Shown: piece by piece, positions 50,789-61,789 of the stretch
Layout of the letters: every line of letters begins with the position of its first letter
How positions within the stretch are numbered: position 1 is the stretch's first letter
Assembly (NCBI GenBank): GCA_000934665.2
Contig: JYFJ02001330.1
Location: forward strand, 1 to 64,000
Length of the DNA stretch: 64,000 bases
Reading direction: 5' to 3'
Source: Catajapyx aquilonaris
Lineage: Eukaryota
Notes under the pieces: generated by a model
What the model saw: only the letters and a program-made list of their open reading frames with translations
What the model was told of the DNA's origin: nothing
The model's database searches: none
Position numbers and translations under genes: made by a program

Positions 50789-52480
50789 CTAACTCTTCTT
50801 CCCTTCCCATGCGGCCCAATACTCAGGTGTTTGCATCTCAGATAGTCTCGAGACAGTACGATCAAAGGCAAACATCTCTTCTTCGCCGGTGAAAATGCTG
50901 GCCGAGGCGTTTTCTGTCCCAAGGGAGATGTTAAGGTCATCCATGAGTGCTCGGTGCTCATCCATGTTCTGCTCCTGGTTCCGGCTGAACAGCTCTCGAT
51001 GTCCATAGTCAGCAGAGACGACTACCCTCACCCTGTTGTCATACAGGGTGTCAATTAAGGTTATGAAGCGGCGAGCTTCTGACTTGTTCTTGAGGCCCAG
51101 CTGCGGCACATCACGGATGAACACAGTGTGGAAGGCCTGTGAAAGCTGGAGGTAATCACCAGAACCCAAGGGTCGCTCGCAGAGCTCCTTGAAGGTCAGG
51201 TCCGCCACTCCTCCACAAGTGCGGCTGAACTGGACATTACGACCCCGGATGGTCAGAGTCCGAGGGCGCACCACATCATTCTCACGGGAGCACAGCCATT
51301 TGAACAGGGAGTTCATTTCGTCGTCTACGTCACCCTGGGATTTTCTGCAACAATTGTTACGTTTAAGTGGCTACATTGCGGTATGTCAGCACAATATATT
51401 AGGATCACTCACATGAAATACAGCTTTTGCCCTCCTTGTTGCGAGATCTTCTGACGATAATCGACCCCTGAGTCAAGTTTGGTCACATCACATCTGTCTT
51501 TAAGCACCTGTATAAATGGAACAAAGTTTGCCCTCTGCAGTCCACGCTTGTACAGATCATCAGGGTGCCTGTTGGATGTGGCCACCACGACTACCCCTCG
51601 ATCAAATAGCTCTTCAAACAGCCTCTTAAGAATCATGGCATCTCCGATGTCGGTGACCTGGAACTCATCGAAGCAGAGCAACCAGGCCTGCTGGGAGATA
51701 TCGTCTGCGACTGGAGGGATGGGGTCAAAAGGAGAAGGCTTGTTGGATTCCTTTCGTGTGCCTCCCATGGCCTTCTTCAGCTCGTGAATGCGGACATGCA
51801 CCTCTTGCATGAACGAGTTGAAGTGGACGCGGCGTTTGTGGCCCCCAGAGCAGCAGCTGAAGAAGAGGTCCATCAACATTGTCTTGCCACCACCAACTGC
51901 CCCATACACGTAAAGGCCTGGAATAATTTATGGTCACACAATTGGCCAAGCAAATTGGGCACATATGCTTATGGAAGTACATTGCAGTAATGATATATTT
52001 GCATACTGTAAGTAACATGCTCCATAAAACAGAAGCGTCTGACAAATTACTGTGCACGTCAGATGAATTATGAAGGTTATCTAATTGCACTTGGCCGTAC
52101 GACATTCAAACGAGGATATGTGCAACTACAATCATGTGATGTCAAGTGACATCATTTTTGTAATATTTAACGCACTTGACCTGCTTACCCTTGGGATTCT
52201 CAGAAGGTGTAGTTTTATGCTTCTTCTTAAGCAATTTCTCGATGAAGGTTTTCTGAGGAGGCGTGTAGCTAGATATCTTAACGTATATTTTGTCCAGCTG
52301 CTCCATCACTTTCATTTGGTGATCATCGTTCATCAACTCTCCACCGGACACCTTGTTCTTGTAAGCCTGAAGCGGGCTGGTCCCTGTGACCGTGGCGGTG
52401 CAGTACGTGAGCCTCGTCATTATGGATGCTGCAGGGAGAAATTTGGGTCCCAGACGGAGGCCTACTATAAATACGCCCAT
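50789..52480 (-). CDS. AFG1L: AFG1-like mitochondrial ATPase (LACE1), complement(join(50789..51344,51413..51917,52189..52480)), 450 aa
   Basis: PKGLYVYGAVGGGKTMLMDLF (Walker A), LLCFDEFQVTDIGDAMIL (Walker B), ATSNR.PDDLY..GLQR, ARRFITLID.LYD and FAFDRTVSRL.EMQ; the exact start codon is less certain. Confidence 0.93.
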
Positions 52481-53668
52481 TGTAGGCCCTGAAATCAGAC
52501 ACAATATCACGTTAGAATATCGGGGCTGAATACGCAACTTATTTCCATAAGTGATTTCGAAATACCACCGTAGGAAACAACATTTTGTAAATTAAAATTA
52601 TCTATGATTAATATACGTAGAAAAAGATGACAGAAATAGTGTTAACCAAAATCATTTAAATAGCTATTCTGCTGACGTCAAGTGGAATTAATATCTTAAC
52701 GCATCTTTTAGGTCAGCTGGGTCGCATCCCCAGATTAGATACCAAGAGTGAATGACATTCAAGCGTTTAATTAATATGGAATTGTCACATTTCAGTGTAC
52801 ATAGCAATGGAGTAATTAATGTATTGCCAAGAAATAATGATCATTAATTACATGTCATAAACATCTCCAGCAATGGTTGATATAATCATAATTACGGTCA
52901 CTTTTGGACATTACTTGTAATGCTCTCAAGGTCACCGTAATTGATTTGGTAATGCATTACTTTAATAATGCAAAACATGTCCCCGGCACCTCATTATCCA
53001 CATGCCAAGTGCTTGACTTCCTCTGCAATATCGACGGACAACACATTATTTCAAAAGGCAACAAACCGTACATCAAATTGATCAGCCAATTACTTTGGCT
53101 GATCTTCAATATTTCCTACATGTGTATTCCACTGTACTGGCACCTGGACTTACCCCCCTGAGAGTGGACACTCCTTCACGAGACAGCAAACTGCATTGTA
53201 TGAAATATTGAGTACTACTCTGCACTACACTGATTATTACAACATTTTTCTTGCCCAGTTATTACATCATCAACGTTGAGGAGGCGGAAGGGGTGGGTGG
53301 GTGCGGGGGAAGGACTCGTGCGAATTATTAGCAAACCTGTAAATTTTGAGAAGGACTAGTGCAGTCGAATTTAAATTTAAAAAAAAATTGGGTCGAAAAA
53401 AAAAAAAAAAAAGGAATGATCGAACGGGAGAGAAGCCATTTCAGTTGGAAGTTGGGAGGGAAAGTTTAAATGGAAAATAGTTGCTTTTCTTTTCAGATGG
53501 ATGCTGGGGTGGACAACTTGTGTTATTGCAAAATTGGCTTGACTGCATGACTGAAAACCAAGGGATAAAGTGCAACTTATCAAATGATTTTATTCCAAGA
53601 AAAACACTTTATTGCAACAATGGAGCAGGGTCCAGCGCCATATGGGCTCCGTACAAAAAAAAATAATC

Positions 53669-55619
53669 CTACAGCAGTCTAGGCTTCTTATTCTCAGGCT
53701 CAGTAGTTTGGTTCCCATTCTCAGCCTCATTTTCACGGTTGGAGCCGCTTGCTCCAGCCATTTCATCATCGGCTACCTGTGCGTCCATGTTACATTCACC
53801 ATCTTTACCCTCATCCTCCACCCTTTTCACCACAGCATCTGGCTTATCCTCATGATGGCCACTGTTCCCAAATTCACCTGTGGCAAGAAATGGTTTGTCC
53901 TTGCAATGCAAATTCTTGGGTGCGATGAAGTCGACAAGCTTCCCATAATCCTCCTTCTGAATCTCACTGAATGTGTAAACAGCACCACCTTTGGTCTTCA
54001 CTTGAAAAGAGGAGTAAGTGTTCTTTTCACTATTAGAAAGGATGATATTGATGATATCTTGAACGTGCGTATGAATACATGGCTTGTGCAAGAAGATTAA
54101 CCCACGATCAAGGAGGTACAGGTAACCAGCTTGTTCCTTGTAGGTACATTTAATGGCTGGGCCGCCAGAGTGATTCAAGAACTGCTGGGCAGGTCGCGTG
54201 ATCTCCTGGTTTACCATCACCTCCATTATTTGGCCGATGACATCACACTTGGGGCCAGACAGCTTCTTTGTCAGACGGCCTGCATATTTTGTCTTCAGCT
54301 CCTCTCTGTGGTAAAAGAAATGGTCGGTTGTGCATTTCCCAAGCAGGCGTGCAGTATATTACAAGTGGCTGGTTTCTTTTCAACCAAATGTATGCAGGTG
54401 CATCCTATAGTTATTTTGAAAATTTTAAGGAATGTTACCAATAATGTCCTTACAGCTATTCTGGACAACAACAAATATTGAATGGCACAAGCTAGTCGGC
54501 TATCATGCTCATGCTATAAATGCAACAGTGGTGATTCTATACTCACTCAGACAAGGGCAGCTCAATTGACACCACTTCCTCCTGACCAAAAAAGAACACC
54601 AGAAAATTGTAGTAAGTTAGCCCTAGGTAATTGATAGGGTGACCCAGCGAGATGACGAAATAGGTGTGGCTTCCATCATTGTGCGGCAGAAGGTGCAGGC
54701 AACATACATTGGACATGAGGATTTTGTAGTAAAAGGTGTCTCCATGAAGCTGGAAGAAGGTCTGGAACACCTTGATGTCACATATTCCTCCAAGGCCGAA
54801 GCATCGCACCTTCCAAAAGACAGCAATGGCATCTTCAGTGGCACCACACCTCTTGGCCTTTTCCAGCACCGTCATCTGAGGCGACTGAGGATCAGTAATG
54901 TCACAGGCAGATTTCCTCCGAGGAAAGCATGGTACCAATCTCAGCTCCTCGAATGGCACATCATCAATCTGTAACAATAAAGGCAGTGCCTGTCAATACA
55001 AAAATACATCCAATATATTGACTTTACCAGCAACTCACCAGATGAAACAGAAGGTTAATCTTGTCCTTTGCAACAGTGCACTGTGACAAATTCTGCAGCG
55101 GCACATCTACTGGAATTAAATTATCCATGTCCAATGGAATGAAGTTCTTTGCATCCGATGCAGTGATTTTCCCCACTTGACACGGTTCCTCTTCATCATG
55201 AGGCAATTCGGTGCTGAACATGGCTGTGTCCCATTTCAAGCCTTCCTGTGGGGTCCCAACCATCAGGTCAGTCCTGCAGTGCTGCGTCAAGAGATGGACC
55301 AGCTTCTCCTTCTGGGTCTCGTCATTCAATTTCCGACCATAGTTGCAGAGGGTGTCTTTATCCATAATCATGACCAGCCCTTGCCCATCAGGCAGGGGGA
55401 TCCATTCAGGCTGATTCATATCCTTGGCATCGATCACCTCCAGCTTCCCAGTGTCTCTGCTCTTGACCACTGACATCTTCTCAGTCAGCCTCGTCACACG
55501 ACCAGTGCTCTGAAAAGTCACATTATTGAAGCAGCAACACATTTTCATGCATCGAGGTCATTTTGTACCTGAGTCTGGTCCGAAGACTCCAGGGAAACTG
55601 TTGCTGGCCCCTCTGCCAT
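53669..55619 (-). CDS. Divergent SSRP1/Pob3-like protein, copy 1 (no HMG box), complement(join(53669..54305,54547..54968,55039..55509,55569..55619)), 526 aa
   Basis: Collinear with recalled SSRP1: VPLQNLSQCTVAK, TEDAIAVF, DIKVFQTFFQLHGDTFYYKI, LLPH.D...YFVISL..PI..G.T.Y.FL...F, IKCTYK...GYLY.LDRG.IFLHKP, VKTK.G.VYTFS.I.KEDYGKL.DF; the ORF is intact across four exons. Confidence 0.85.
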
Positions 55620-56122
55620 TAGGCCAACCGATGGCCCCTGTAATAAATTAGACCTAAAACCACACACAAGCAGCAATAAGATCAGTACAATGAGGCTCTT
55701 CAGACCAGCATGGCTTGGCAAGCTGCAGGGTGGCCAGATCAAACCCTCCTTTCATTTTACTGTGGCTGGCAACACTGATTAAGCAGTATGCAACAAAACA
55801 ATAAAACCATAATTATTCTGAATGGCTAATTGTGTTTACACCATGATGGTAAATATGGTCAAAAAAGACAAAAAAAAAGGACAGAGCCCATAGAGGTGAG
55901 AAAATGGCAACGGGATAGTAATGAATACGCCTAAATTATGTGATGTCAAGAGTCTCTTGCCTGATCTACTGGTATTCGAAAATGGCGTCAGATCAAGGGA
56001 TAAGGTGCAACTTAACAAATGAGTCAGTTTTTTATTCCAAGAAAACCACTTTATTGCACGAATGACCATGCACATCCATGAAACCTACGCCTGGCTATGG
56101 CTTCCATACAAGAATGATTTTC

Positions 56123-58056
56123 CTACAACAGCTTACGCTTCTTAGCCTCAATATTCCGCTTCTTCTTCTTCTTCCTCCTCCTCTTCTTCTCTGCCCTTCC
56201 ACCATCTTTACCTTCATCCTCCTCCCTCGTCTTCCCCTTGGCCAAGTTAGCATCTGGCTTACCCTTACGGTCTCTCTTCCCAAATTCATATGCAGCCACC
56301 AATGGCTTGTCTACCTTGCCCTGCTTCTTCACTGGCACATTCCTGCTTTTGATGAATTCCAAAACTTTCCCACAACCCCCCTTCCGAATCCTACTGAATG
56401 AGTGAACAACACCAGTCTTGGTCTTCACTTCAAAAGAGCGGCGTGCACGAGAAAAAATGACATTGCTGATATCTCTATAGTGCAAAAGAATGCATGGCGC
56501 ATACAGGTAGATGAGCCCATAATCAAGAAGGTACAGGTAACCATCAACTTGTTCCATGTAGGAACATTCAATTGCTGGGTTGCCAGGGTGACTCAAGAAC
56601 TGCTGAGCAGGTCCAGTGATCTTGCGGTTTGCCATCACAGATATTAGTTTGCTAATGACATCGCCCTTGGGACCAGACAGCTTCTTTGTCAGGCAGCCTT
56701 TATATTTTGTCTTCAGCTCCTCCCTATGGTAAGAGAAATGGTCAGCTGCATATTTCCAAGCAGCGTGCAATTGTCGGTGGCTGGTTTCTATCAACACAAT
56801 TTGTGCAGGTGCATTCTAGTTAGAGATTGCTTAAATTTTTTAAAAAATTGAGGAACGTTAGCAATGCTCATAGAGCTATTATGAAGCCCAAAGCTCTGTG
56901 AAGCTCCGTGAAGCATTGTAGGATGGATCTTTGGAATAGAGTAATGAAATCTCAGCATACTTAATGCTCCTGATATAAACAACAGTGATGCTACTCACTC
57001 AGACATGGGCAGCTCCATTAACACCTCCTCCTCCTGCCCAAAAAGGAACACCAGACAACGGTAGTAAGTTGGGCCTAGGTTGATGGGTTGGCTCAGTGAG
57101 ATGATGAAATAGGTGTGGCGTCCATCCTTGTGCGGCAGAAGGAGCAGGAAACGTACACTGGACATGAGAATTTTGTAGTAATAGATATCTCCATGAAGCT
57201 GGAAGAAGGTCCGGAACACCTTGATGTCACATGTTCCTCCAGGTCTGAAGCATTCCACCCTCGAGAAGACAGCAATGGCATCTTCAGTGGTACCACAGGT
57301 CTTGACCTCTCCAAGTATCTTCATCTGGGCAGACTGAGAAGGATCAATGTCACCACCAGATTTGCTCTGAGGGAAGTGGGGTACCATTTGTATCAGCTTG
57401 AACGGCAGATTATCAATCTGTAACAAAAGTGTGTGTCAATACAAAAATACATCCAACACTGACTTGACCAACCCACCTGATGGAGCTGAAGGTCAAGCTC
57501 CTCCTTCCACACAGTGCACTGCGTCAAATTCTGATGAGGCACCTCAAACAGAACCAATTTATCCATGTCCAGTGGAGCCAAGTTCTCCGTTTCAGCTGGA
57601 ACGACTTGCCCCACTTGACCCTGTTCCTCTTCAGGAGGCACTGGGCTGAACATGGCTGCGTCCCATTTCAAGCCTTCCAGTGGGGTCCCAACCAACAGGT
57701 CAGTCCTGCAGTGCTGCGTCAAGACATGGACCAGCTTCTCCTTCTTGGTCTCATTCAATTTCCGGCCACAATCGCAGATCTTGTCTATATCCGAGAACAT
57801 GAACAGTCCTGGCCGATCAGGCAGGGGGATCCAATCAGGCTGATTGATTGCATCCTTGGCATCCATCAGCTCCAGCTGCCCAGTCTTTCTGCTCTTGACT
57901 AGTGTCATCTGCGCAGTCAGCCTCATCAGACGACCAGTGCTCTGAAAAGCCACACAAATTTTTATGCATCATCATTTTGGGACTTTGGCTTTTACCACGC
58001 ACCTGAGCCCCCTTGTCCGAAGACGCCAGGGAAACTGTTGCTGGCCCCTCTGCCAT
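56123..58056 (-). CDS. Divergent SSRP1/Pob3-like protein, copy 2 (no HMG box), complement(join(56123..56723,56999..57417,57477..57941,58003..58056)), 512 aa
   Basis: Same four-exon structure and intron phases as copy 1; LFEVPHQNLTQCT, LLLPHKDGRHTYFIISL, NRKITGP..F.SH.G..AI.CSY and FEVKTKTG motifs; basic C-terminal tail. Confidence 0.85.
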
Positions 58057-59188
58057 TAGTCCAACTGATGAACCTTGTAAATTAGACTTAGAACCAACTG
58101 TAGACGCAGCCTACTCAGCACAATGGGCCTCATTAGACCGGCATGGCATGGCTTCCTCTGCAGGGTGGCCAGATCCAACCCGCATTATTCCTTATTGTCC
58201 CTGGCAACACTGATTAATTGGGCAAAAATGGCAGTTTGAATCGAAATTATTTTCACTTGCTCCAGGTAGGGATCCATTTATTCCTCCTTGTTATGGTCAA
58301 TATAATGAAATGCAATTGTGCAAAATAAAAATCCATTTATTTCAACATTTTCATAATGCAACAAAACCATGTGAATGGTTGTGTTTACACTATGAGAGGA
58401 AATACGGGCAAAAGAGACAACCGTGAGAGATAAGGACAGAAAATGGACACGGAACAGTCACCAAGTGGCACTTCCTTCCTTGCCGAAAGGTCTCATACTC
58501 GGAAACAATGACGAAAAATGGGAACTGGCATGTTATGCCAAGCTTTCATTTTTACTGGACCCAGCAGACTATTACTGCTTCTGCAATCATCTCTCGTGGT
58601 TCTTCCTCTCAATCGTTTTCCACACACAGTCTAAACCCTCTATTATAAAAATAATTCAACAGCTAAAGCGCCTTGCAAACCAGAGTTCGCAGAAGCTAAC
58701 AAATAAAGTAAAGTTCTTCCCGGATAAGCTTAGTAGCTCAACTTACTGATAAAAAATTAATATACCATATTATCTGCATATAATATCCACTCATTACTCT
58801 CGTAGGTAAATTACTGACAATTACCTCGAAACATTTCAAACACAACTGCTTATTATTTAGCAGGCATAAATTTTCTGCACATTAAATTTTTTACTTAGAA
58901 AATAATAAAGGCCTTAACATGTAATGTTCAGATAATTATGCAGTGCCTAAGCGCTAAGCAGGTTGTATAACCTACATATATATTTACTGGATGATACTAG
59001 ATCAGATTATTGTTCAACACTAAAAAAGACTGGATCAAATTAAAGTAAGCCACCCATGAGCAAGATTGCAAATACATGTGGGCTGTAAAATGTTAAGACT
59101 CAGGATGGCTCACTGACCACCTAGAGCGAGCCATACACATCCCAGCGATTCACATCCTTTCGCTTATTTGCAACTACGATGGGACATA

Positions 59189-59509
59189 CAGTAGAACCCC
59201 GATTATCCGACGCCTCGGTTTATCTGACAGTCCCTCTCCGGGAATAAATCTGCTTCCTCATGAAATACTGTAATGTATTACGCATTTCTTTGTTTTCCCT
59301 TAGTTAAATTGTAAATAGGCCTCCAGTACAGTAGTGTGTGCGCAAGAGAAATACTTCACTATTATTTCTTAAAAAACCATAATATTTTACATTATTTCAT
59401 GTTTTTTGTTGTGTTTTATTAAAGTTTTTTACTCCTCGGATTATCCGACCTTTTCAGTTATCCGTCGATGCCCCAGGCCCGTGGGTGACGGATAATAGGG
59501 GTTCTACTG
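59189..59509. mobile_element. 321-bp pogo/Tigger-like MITE
   Basis: TA-CAGTAGAACCCCGATTATCCG...CGGATAATAGGGGTTCTACTG-TA: 21-bp TIR with 1 mismatch, TA TSD; internal TTATCCG subrepeats. Confidence 0.85.
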
Positions 59510-59597
59510 TAGTTGAATCCCTCACATTCATTTGATCCAGCCGTGTACTTAAGACCTAATTAAATCTCAGAGATCACAGTTGAAGTAAGCGCTTGTA

Positions 59598-60134
59598 CAA
59601 GGGGCGTTATGAAAGTCTTTCCAATTTTTTTTGCCGCAAATACAGGGCCCATGAAGGTCAGCAGATAGGTACACATTATGGATAGAACCCTCCTGGAGAC
59701 AAATGCACTGGCACCATGGGTGTGGCAGCATGTTCAGGCCCTCCAGGAACCACTTTTTGGACAACTGCTTCCTGTTCAACAATGTCCTCGAAATGACATC
59801 GGCAAATGAGTTTTTTCAAGGCTCTGAATAGGTAAAAGTCGCTGGCAGCCAGGCCAGGGGAGTGCTGCAGGTGTGGAAGCACCCTAACACAGATCCTCGA
59901 AAAAATCCCTTCGCCTACCCCATTTGTTGACAGTTGTTGACTAATAGCAGTTGTCTGGCAGAGGGTGCGACGCACCACCAAAAAATGGTTCCTGTGGGTC
60001 TGGAGAAGTTGCCACACCCGACAGTGCATTCAGCTCCAGGAGGGTTCAATAATGTGTGTCTGTCTGCCAATCTGTAAGAGCCTTGTATTTGGGGCAAAAA
60101 AAATAAAGTGTAAAGACATTCCTAACCCCCCTCG
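59598..60134 (-). mobile_element. Degenerate mariner-derived element (transposase C-terminal relic with inverted duplicated 3' end)
   Basis: VLPHLQHSPGLAASDFYLFRALKK resembles mariner LPHPPYSPDLAPSDF.LF..LK; termini TA-CAAGGGG and CCCCTCG-TG; 59600-59760 mirrors 59975-60134. Confidence 0.7.
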
Positions 60135-61258
60135 TGTTTCTCTCTCTAAATGAAAACTAACTGCTACGAGCACAACTGCTTTAAAAACCCTCCTTGCGCA
60201 ACCGATTTTTCTGAATATGCCCTTGTGTTTCATGTGAATAATCTGAATATCAATAGCCAAACTGCTGTATGGGATAACATCTTCCTCAATGAAATAGCCT
60301 CCTTGTGCTGTATAAAAATATACCATTAATTTGGCAATGAACACTTCAAGACTGACCGCTCACACAAATTATCACACTTAGAAAACAAAAACTAACCAAA
60401 CACCACAAATATTAACTTGACCTAAATAGACCCTAGGTTACCAACACTTGAGACACTTTTGGACATTAGGGATACAGTCGCAAACTTGAATTCTCCTATT
60501 CCATATCACTCATATTAATAGGGCTAGTCATACCAACACATACTAAATTCTTCAATTATGTACGAGTATGTACTCTGAATACCTACACATAATTGGAGAG
60601 TTTCAATACTTTGCTTTCGTACAGTTGGCCCTTACAATGCTTCACCTCATTTCAAAATTTTAAATGAATAGTTCTGAGACTCTTCCTAACACTATGAGCA
60701 AAAATCAAGCCATTCTGAATAACAAAGAACTTATGCACAGTGGAATGCATTGAATTTGATTAACCCAAGGATATCACCACTAATCAGTACATTTCTGGTT
60801 TTCATCATCTCCATAACGACACCTGTCACAGACGACGCACAATTCAATATGGGTTCAAGCTTGGTTCAAGGCATTAGTCTGAATGACACCTTCGGAACTT
60901 CTGAGGTACATCTGACTTTGGCATTATAGCTCGCAGTGGGTTTACTGAGAAGCCTCTCGACACAAGTGGCAAGAGAGGTCATGATTGTAAAAAAAATGTT
61001 AATTGCACATTTACTCCGGACTTGAGCAGCCTTATGAATCTTCAACAAATGGAGAGAAATTCTCTGATCATGTACAGTTAATACCCACACATAACCGAAA
61101 ACATTTTCCCCTTATTTTGCTCTCATAGACCACTACACATCTGGAACTCACAATTCACACTATTTCTCACTAATTTAAACACTTCTGAATAATAAAAAGA
61201 AAAAAGAAAACTAACAAAATAATGTAAACATCCCCTCCTCCCCAAATAAGGCACACAT

Positions 61259-61789
61259 TCAAGAAAAGATATTCTTGACAACACGTTCTATCCTGTCCCT
61301 GCATATAGGGCACCGCTGTCCCGACTTCCACAATTTTTTTGCACATGAGTAGCAGTAGACTTGATGCCCGAGCTTCCCATGAACAATGCAAGCATCTCTG
61401 GGTTGGTCCTGACACATCTTGCAGAGGCCAACCCTTGGAGGGTCGTCCACGTCCTGAGATGCCTTCATTGCAGACGACGAATGAGGAGAGTTGGACACTA
61501 CAGATGCCTGCGAGGACATTTTGACCAGGCTGGTGCCGTCAGGGACGTCTTCACTTTTCACCTGAGAAGGCTGCGGTTCTGCCCATGAGCAGGATGGCAT
61601 TGGCTCTTCTTGGGTTCCTGGAAAATTTTCTTGTGAAGACATCCCCACTCCAGAATCAGTGGTTGCAGAGGATATGTCTTTCTTGAGGGTAGGGTTGCAG
61701 GGGAGGTGCTCCAAGCCAGTCAACTTGGTTTTGGGGCGACGAGGGCGGCGTCGAGGCTTCCGCCGCTCAGGAAGCCAATTCTTGCGGAC
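61259..61789 (-). CDS. MDM2/MDM4-like E3 ligase, terminal coding exon (partial)
   Basis: Acceptor aattcag|VRKNWLPE (the motif following the MDM2 RanBP2 zinc finger); C-terminal C2H2C4 RING CKMC...RDACIVHGKLGHQVYCYSCAKKLWK....CPICR..I..VVKNIFS; upstream exons not found in the window. Confidence 0.85.
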   Translation of the reverse strand, partial: VRKNWLPERRKPRRRPRRPKTKLTGLEHLPCNPTLKKDISSATTDSGVGMSSQENFPGTQEEPMPSCSWAEPQPSQVKSEDVPDGTSLVKMSSQASVVSNSPHSSSAMKASQDVDDPPRVGLCKMCQDQPRDACIVHGKLGHQVYCYSCAKKLWKSGQRCPICRDRIERVVKNIFS

